64,000 nucleotides of DNA, taken from contig JBHGNT010000008.1 of the NCBI GenBank assembly GCA_043228905.1, positions 14,136,001-14,200,000 of the forward strand, read 5' to 3'. A program made the position numbers and the translations under genes. Shown here piece after piece: positions 57,160 through 64,000 of the stretch. Below the pieces are notes generated by a model. It was given only the letters and a program-made list of their open reading frames with translations, was not told where the DNA came from and did not search any database. Each line of letters begins with the position of its first letter. The first letter of the stretch is position 1. This DNA is from Azolla caroliniana (Eukaryota; Plantae; Polypodiophyta).

Positions 57160-57740
57160 AATTGTGGGATTCATGAGTAAAGTTGTGGAACATTCACATA
57201 AGTTTGAGTCAACAAGCTTCAAAGGTATCTGTGGGACATAGAAAACATTAATAATTTTGTTTGTTGTTTCATAGGGTCCCATCTTTGGGCCTTCGAAGGC
57301 CATAACAAAACATATGTATTTGTTTTTAGATTTGGGACAAGTTGAAGATACATTGGCAAACCCTTGGTGACATGGAAGAAGTAGGTACCATCTCTTGTAG
57401 TTGTAGTAACCCTAGAGAAAACCTTAACTCTTGTCTATAAACCACAAATGGTGAAATCATACCCATTTAAACCCACACCAGATAGAGAGAGATACAACCT
57501 AGAAGGCCAAAAACCCTAAAATGTGTGGATCTAAAACCCTCGTTCCCGATCTTTGGAACGCTAAAACCCTAAAAACCGAATGGAACAGCCGAACGCAGAT
57601 CACAAATGTGTGGACCTAAAACCCTAGCTGCCGCCTGCCTGCTTGCCTATCGTTGGAACGCTGAAACCTTAAAAACCGAATGGAGCGCGTAATAATAAGT
57701 TGCATCAATGAGAGAGATTATGTCATGTTCAAACGGGTGA

Positions 57741-58020
57741 TCGGAAGTAAGACTGAAACTGCAACCCTAAGAAAAAGAAAGCTATGGGAAGTAAGACAGA
57801 AACTGCAACCCTAAGAAAAAGAAAGCTATCGGAAGTAAGACTGAAATTGCAACGTCAAGAAAAGAAAGCTAATGCAATGATTCCTGCAACCCTAAGAAAA
57901 GGAAGCTAGTGCCATGGCTCCTGCAGCCCTAAGAAAAAGGAAGCTAGTGCCATGAATCCTGCAACCCTAAGAAAAAGGAAGCTAGTGCCATGATTCCTGC
58001 AACCCTAAGAAAAGGAAGAA
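57741..58020. repeat. Tandem array of 7 units (37-44 bp) overlapping the 3' end of the thaumatin-like gene
   Basis: CTGCAACCCTAAGAAAAAGRAAGCTA core at 57759, 57803, about 57847, 57884, 57921, 57959 and 57997. Confidence 0.9.
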
Positions 58021-59362
58021 AAGGAGAATCAAAGCCAATGTGTGTATGTAATGCATAAGAAGAATGGTACCTTAGGGAGGAGGGGGGGCAGAAGACGATG
58101 GAGTAGTTGACGATGGCGGCGGCGGAGGAGGAGGAGGAGGAGGAGGAGTAAGGAGAGCAAGTGAAGGTGCTGGTGGGGTCATCGAAGGCGTAGCTGTAGG
58201 CGGCAGGGCAGGCGCGCTTGAAAGCCTGCGCGTATGGCGATGGCGTGCAGGTGCTAGGGCTGGCGTAAGCGCCGGCGCAGCAGAAGGCGTCGGTCCCGAA
58301 GGCGAGGCAGGCGCTCTTGCAGCCGACCACCCGAGGAGGAGGAGGAGGAGGAGGAGCTGCTTCTGCTGCTGATTCCACCACCTCCACCACGTGCTGCTGC
58401 AGCTGGCTAGGGCAGGCCAGGTTCAGGTTAGTGCTGCACCCCGCCACGCCGCAGGTGTAGGAATCGGAATCATCGGAGGAGATGGAAGTGGAGGAGGAGG
58501 AGGAGGAGGAGGCGGCGTTAATGGGGACGATGGAGATGGGGAGGTTGAAGCCATCGACGAGACTGACATCGTAGAAGTCTTTGCTGCCGCCGGGGCCTGA
58601 AGCCAGGGTGAGCTCCGCCAAAGTGGCGGGCGGAGATGCGCCCATTCCTCCGCATTGGAGGCGGCCGCCGCCACAGTCTCCGGTCTGGCAGGCGGTGGCG
58701 GCGTCGGGAGGCGGCGCCGCCAAAGACGAAGTAGTAGTAGTAGTAGTATTGTTAGGGCAGCCGGTACGGCCCCAGAGTCGGCCGGACCAGCCTGCCGGCG
58801 CCTCTACGTCGCGAGAGTGGCCGGCGGGGAGCGCGAATCCCCCGCCCGCGAGCAGAGGCTGCCCCGCGTTTGGAAGCAGCCCAGGCCAGACCGTGTAGCC
58901 ACACCTGTTCTCAATCCTCAGCCTCCTCTCTCCTCCTCCTCCGCCAGTGCCGCCCGCCCATTTCACACCTGACAAGTCAACGCCTCCCATCTTTTAAACC
59001 ACCCCATGACCACACACACCTCTCTAATGAGACGCGCTAATTGCGTCGAATTACTGGCATGCTAATCACGCCACTCATTTTTTATCACCCGCTAATCGCC
59101 TCAAATTAATTAAGAGGACGCTAATCACGTAGTTAAAAGGACACAGCACGAATTGTATCTCTCTCTCTCTCAAAAACAAGAGATACATATAGATAGATAG
59201 ATAGATTCACATGGGAATTTATTTTTAAGGGCTTCTTTTAAACCACCCCCACCCCGTCTTTACATATTTTATCCACTCACTCACTCACTCACCGCCATGT
59301 AAGGAGGACAAGGAGGTGATGATGATTAGCAGGATGATTAGCGCGCCTGCCCCCCTAAGCAT
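57944..59362 (-). CDS. Thaumatin-like protein (PR-5): exon 1 59362-59293 (signal peptide), intron 59292-58969, exon 2 from 58968; possible further intron from 58070
   Basis: Exon 1 encodes MLRGAGALIILLIIITSLSSLHG with a G|GTGAGT donor; the CAG acceptor keeps the frame; NRCGYTVWPG, CQTGDCG, DFYDVSLVDGFNLP, FKRACPAAYSYAFDD; 16 Cys. Confidence 0.95.
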
Positions 59363-59999
59363 ATCCGGTTGATCTGAGATTTGGAGCCTTGAACCTTGGG
59401 ATTAGCGTGTGGATTAGGCCGAGAAGCCAGGAGCATATATTTGTAATTATGAAATAATTGGTTACAAAAGGGTTACAAATCTCTCTAGATGTAAAAAAGA
59501 GTGTCAAAAGTTCTTTTTCTTTTGGGGGTGTAAAGCTTTCCTTATTGTGGTGTTTGTTGTTAAAAGGACCGACCCACATACGCACACACGACATGACACG
59601 AGAAGTAAGAAGATTGTTGATGGAAACCCGAAGAAACATGTACACACCTACCGGAATTAGACATCATAGCATCTTTCCTTCAAGAACAGACTGACCCGGT
59701 AGCTTCCTTGAAGAGTCGATATGCATTTCACTTATCGAGACGAGAAAATTGATCAAGTGGTTCCTTCTTCTATGTGGGCAATCATGAAACATAAAGAAAT
59801 CATGGGATTTCACCATACAGCAGGTAAATCGTTAATTAAGCTTTATACGTCGTGTTTGGGATCAAATTCAAACTTTAAGAGCAACCTCACCAATAGAGTA
59901 ACGTAAGTGGCTTCAAAAAAATCTTATCGAGGCAACACCAATAGGATATTCACAGTGACAACAAACATTTGATTTGCGGTTTTACCATTGTCACTTCTA

Positions 60000-60600
60000 A
60001 ATTCTAAACATGAATGATAGCTTCCTTGCCTTGGTAACTATATCAATAACGTCATATTATCAAATAGAGCTTTCAAGGACACGGATGAAATCATCACCCA
60101 ATTCTTGAGCCATCAATAGTTGTCCTTACAGAGATGTAAACTCCAACAATTTCCCCAATTCCTAGTCCACTTATGTAGTGTAGCATGAATTGAGCGAGTA
60201 TAGGAATGGGCTCAATAGGAATCCACATCATGTTGACCCAAATATCAAAGCCACCACCAATAAGTTGTGACATCCTTGCACCCAACTCATTTGAAGCATA
60301 AGATTGGCACAACCAACTCATGTGCTCATATTCCTTCTCGAAGGCTAGTTGTATCATTACATTTTCTTGTTTTGATTCCTTACACAATCATTTGTATATC
60401 CACAGACTTATGAAGGATCACTTTGCAGTAAGTCCATACAATGTATGTTGGACAATGGAAGTTAGTGCCACATAAAGTCATAGATTTCCACTACCATAAG
60501 GACACAATAGAAGCAAGTTCCAATAGAAACTTAATAAAACCAACTTGATTCCAATTTCCTACCATTAATACCATTGCATTGACCTTCTACTTAATGACAT
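60000..60600 (-). pseudogene. Highly degenerate LINE (L1-like) reverse transcriptase fragment
   Basis: SKQENVMIQLAFEKEYEHMSW resembles the LINE RT motif LKLDFEKAYDRVSW; boundaries approximate. Confidence 0.55.
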
Positions 60601-61145
60601 TGGAGACAAAATTCCAATTTGTTAGGCGCACGCACGCACGCACTCACATACACACATGTTCTTTCCTTAAGCACAAAAGATACCTAATGACAAGTATAAG
60701 TTGCATGTGATCACTCCACTACACCAATAAAGGAGTGATTCTTATAAAGATCTTTTTAGGTCCCATGGATCATATTATCTAGCCTCCCCACGATGTTAAA
60801 ATATCATTGTTATCATCTAAATCTGTGTATGTGTGTTTATTGGTGTAGTAGAATTGTACCCTAGGCGTAAACTATGTTTCTATTAATATATACACTTGAG
60901 CTTAAATCTCTCGAATTTTAATCATCTACAAGATGACACACCGAAATGTAAGGATTGAGGGACATTATCTATAGCAAGAGTGATCATTGATCACAAGCCT
61001 CACACAACCCCGCCTGACCCCATTTTGTTCACTCCATCCTATAGGTAGATACTCTTTCGTATGCAACCTATGAGAAGAAACAAACAAAACAATCGAGCAT
61101 ATCTATATATACACCAAGGCATGTCCATTTAATTACAAGAGAAGC

Positions 61146-61190
<45 letters not shown>

Positions 61191-63293
61191 TGTGCATATT
61201 GAGACTTTTGAGTGACCTTTTTATTCATTTTCTTGTTTGTTTTTGTATTCTTATTCTTCTTTCATCATCATACATTATTATTGATTCGAGGGTTTCAGGA
61301 TCATATATAACATGCTAACTTTAATGTACACCATTTTGTCGTCATTGCAAACAATGTGCCCTTAACGCGGTTTAAATAATAGTAGGGTCATATGAGTCGA
61401 CCTCTCTTCCCAAGTGGGCGTGCAAATGTATATATCCCACTCATGGTAACCAATCGATCATCCACATCTTATCTGATTGGGTTGTTACTTTGACAGAAAT
61501 TTATCTCATACCTATATATGGCGCTGAATTAGGATTCATGAGCATTCCAAGTTGTCTCATAATTAATACTTCGATGATTTATGTATGTTAATGTGCCAAT
61601 GCTCTCATAACTATACTCTTGCTAGATTATATTCCATGAAGCATCTCCACATCATACTGATATAGTTTATTCAAATTTATCTTCAAAGTCTTGCCACTTG
61701 AGTTTCAAGTCTCTCCTCATATCCAAATCATCTCGTTTCTTAGTGACTCCATTAAGTCCACATCTAGATACCTCTCAACATCTTCATGTACAAACTAAAC
61801 TACATATCCTCTATCTAGCTATTACCTTGGTTCTTAAGAATTTACCCAACATTAGGCAAACAACCTTTTCCTTTGCTTGGTGTTGGGGTGTAAGATAAGG
61901 TGGAGAGATCCAAAGCTGGGTCCACCACCACATTTTCAATCAGATTATCTCATTGGATTCTTTTAAAATCTTTCGATGAACATGACACAATATTCATACA
62001 ATGACATTTCGATAAAGGTCTGAAATCATTCAAATCTGATCATGATCAGTCAAACTCTAAACTGACTATTTAGCACGATAAAGACTCCCATGTACAAAAA
62101 GTTCAAAATTGAACTTTAAAAAAACAACTCTATCCAAAATGTTCCGAGTATTTAATTACCGAGGATCAACACTCCTTGACAATCATTTCCAAAACACTTC
62201 ATTTCTCAAATCATGATACATGAAAAATCCACAATTTAGTGGTGCATTAACAAAGACGTACAATTTGAATCTCAATAAACATGCTCAACAGGATCATTCT
62301 GGAGGTTTCTTCATGAAGCAAAGTATGTTCAAATACCTTCTTTGAGCCCCCAAATCTATGAACTAAATAAACACCCTCCAAGACAAGTAACAATACTCGT
62401 AGAACATTGAGAAGATAGCTTGGTAAGAGATCACACAAAATGCAAACATAATGATAGTAAGAGATAAAGCACCCAGCAATGATATCAAATAAGCCAATGG
62501 ATTCTCTGCATTTTTACAAGTTAAAAGAAAAAGAATTGGTGTGCATCTCCTGAAAGCAATACAAAAGTGAATTGCATTTGTACCATGACATGTTAGAGAT
62601 GTCAATTCCAATCATATATTGAAGAAGGAATATATATTGTATTTATGGACAAATATCTAACAATTTGTGGTTTACCGCGCAGTTACTAAATAATGCTTAC
62701 ACAAATTCGCTTTTGTCGGTTAGCAGACATTCATGGTTAGGGGTTACTCGGTTAAATTCCTACATAAACATTTCTTTGTTTGTTACATGACATTAAGGGT
62801 TTAGGGCAATATCCATTAAATTCCTATAAGAATTCCCTTTTTGCTTGTTACATGACAGTTGTTCATTCATGCTTTCTGAATAATGAACTTATTTAAGGTC
62901 ACATTGAATGACCTCACACAAAATCAATGACATTATCAATTTGCAATCCATTGTTTGCAGAGAGCCCTTGCAATAGGCACCATTCCTCTGTTGCTTGAAA
63001 TAAATCGCAAAGTGCTGAAAAACGATATAAATCCCGCAAAGCTTCTTCTTATATACTTTTCTCATGTAAAATGTTGTTAGACCATCGACTTTCAATGGCA
63101 AAGCTCTACAAGAGTTCTAACGAATAGAGTGAAAGGACATATAAGCATCGGGCCAAGACCATTGGTCGTGATTTGGTTAATATACAATTGTTTGCTCCCT
63201 TCAATATTTTCAATCATCCACAATCAGTAAATATGGCTGGCTACTTTCACTTGTTATTATTACTCTTTTCTACATGGATTGTTATGTCTTTTA

Positions 63294-63759
63294 TCATCGG
63301 CGTCCATGTGATTGTGATCGATGATGTGACAGTGGTTTTCCACGGATGAATTGAGGGGCCTTGGCACGCTTTGGCCCGCCCATGGGAAGCTCTTCTAAAC
63401 CCATCACTTGTATAGTGCGTTGTCGTTTAGCTGCGTCCAGCACCCCCAATCGTATTATTTTCAACTTAAAAATATTCTCAAATGAACAAAAACGGAATGG
63501 TACTCAAAATGCAATCGGCTCAGAATTTGTGAGAAAATCATATTGCGAAAAGCTATGAAGTAAAGAGTGAAAAATGGCTATAAGTAAAGAATGTCCATGC
63601 TCCTTGGTATATAAACAAACATATTCGGATGCATATATTCGGTGCAATTTGCATATGAACTAGATTATTAACAATATATTTACCATTTTCGGCTTGCTGA
63701 TAATTCTCTTGCAACTTCTTCTTTGCCGCAACGAGCCGTTGATCCAAGTCCGAAGGATT
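63294..63759 (-). CDS. Last two coding exons (63759-63684 and 63430-63294) of a MED26-like / TFIIS N-terminal domain protein; the rest lies right of the window
   Basis: GT-AG phase-1 intron 63683-63431; spliced peptide RLVAAKKKLQENYQQAENAKRQRTIQVMGLEELP matches the plant MED26-like C-terminal motif as I recall it. Confidence 0.85.
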
Positions 63760-64000
63760 CTTTTGAAAAGAGGCGAACAAAATATGAGAAAGGTGGCTTC
63801 AACAGCTCCACAGTAGAACCAAACCATAAATGATGCATTGTGCTAGAAAGAGCTAAACCATGCATTGTAACGGAACAAAATACAGCACTCAAATTTTAAA
63901 ATCTATACCATGCATGGACAGTGAATCCCAGAATCCTACACCCTGCACCATGTATTGTGCTAGAAAGAGCTAAACCGAAACCCTAAATTGCAATGGAAAG

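Noticed and set aside
57944-58990. Single-exon thaumatin gene starting MGGVDLSG as in the ORF track
   Set aside because: That start lacks a signal peptide and lies within an intron; a proper signal-peptide exon exists at 59293-59362.
61560-62450. Possible decayed copia RT or small host ORFs
   Set aside because: Only faint motif resemblance, and the short AT-rich ORFs lack recognisable domains.

Overview
Land-plant genomic DNA. About 1-54.8 kb is a deeply nested LTR-retrotransposon cluster. It holds three full-length Athila-like (non-chromovirus Ty3/gypsy) elements that each carry an extra 3' coiled-coil ORF: G1 (9488-30496, minus), G2 (15508-24854, minus, inside G1) and G3 (38244-54291, plus). 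It also holds an older gypsy remnant (G0), several Ty1/copia elements (C1-C5) and solo LTRs; most boundaries are confirmed by 5-bp target-site duplications read from the sequence. The last 9 kb holds a spliced thaumatin-like (PR-5) gene, a LINE remnant and the last two exons of a MED26-like (TFIIS N-terminal domain) gene. The most striking observation is that none of the three full-length gypsy elements has a polypurine tract next to its 3' LTR. Each instead has a conserved 40-nt copy of what resembles the 3' end of tRNA-Arg (T-arm, acceptor strand and CCA), interrupted by a covarying hairpin and ending exactly 2 nt before the LTR. This suggests tRNA-primed or tRNA-mimic-primed plus-strand synthesis. 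Element labels are mine, coordinates were counted by hand, and no database searches were run.
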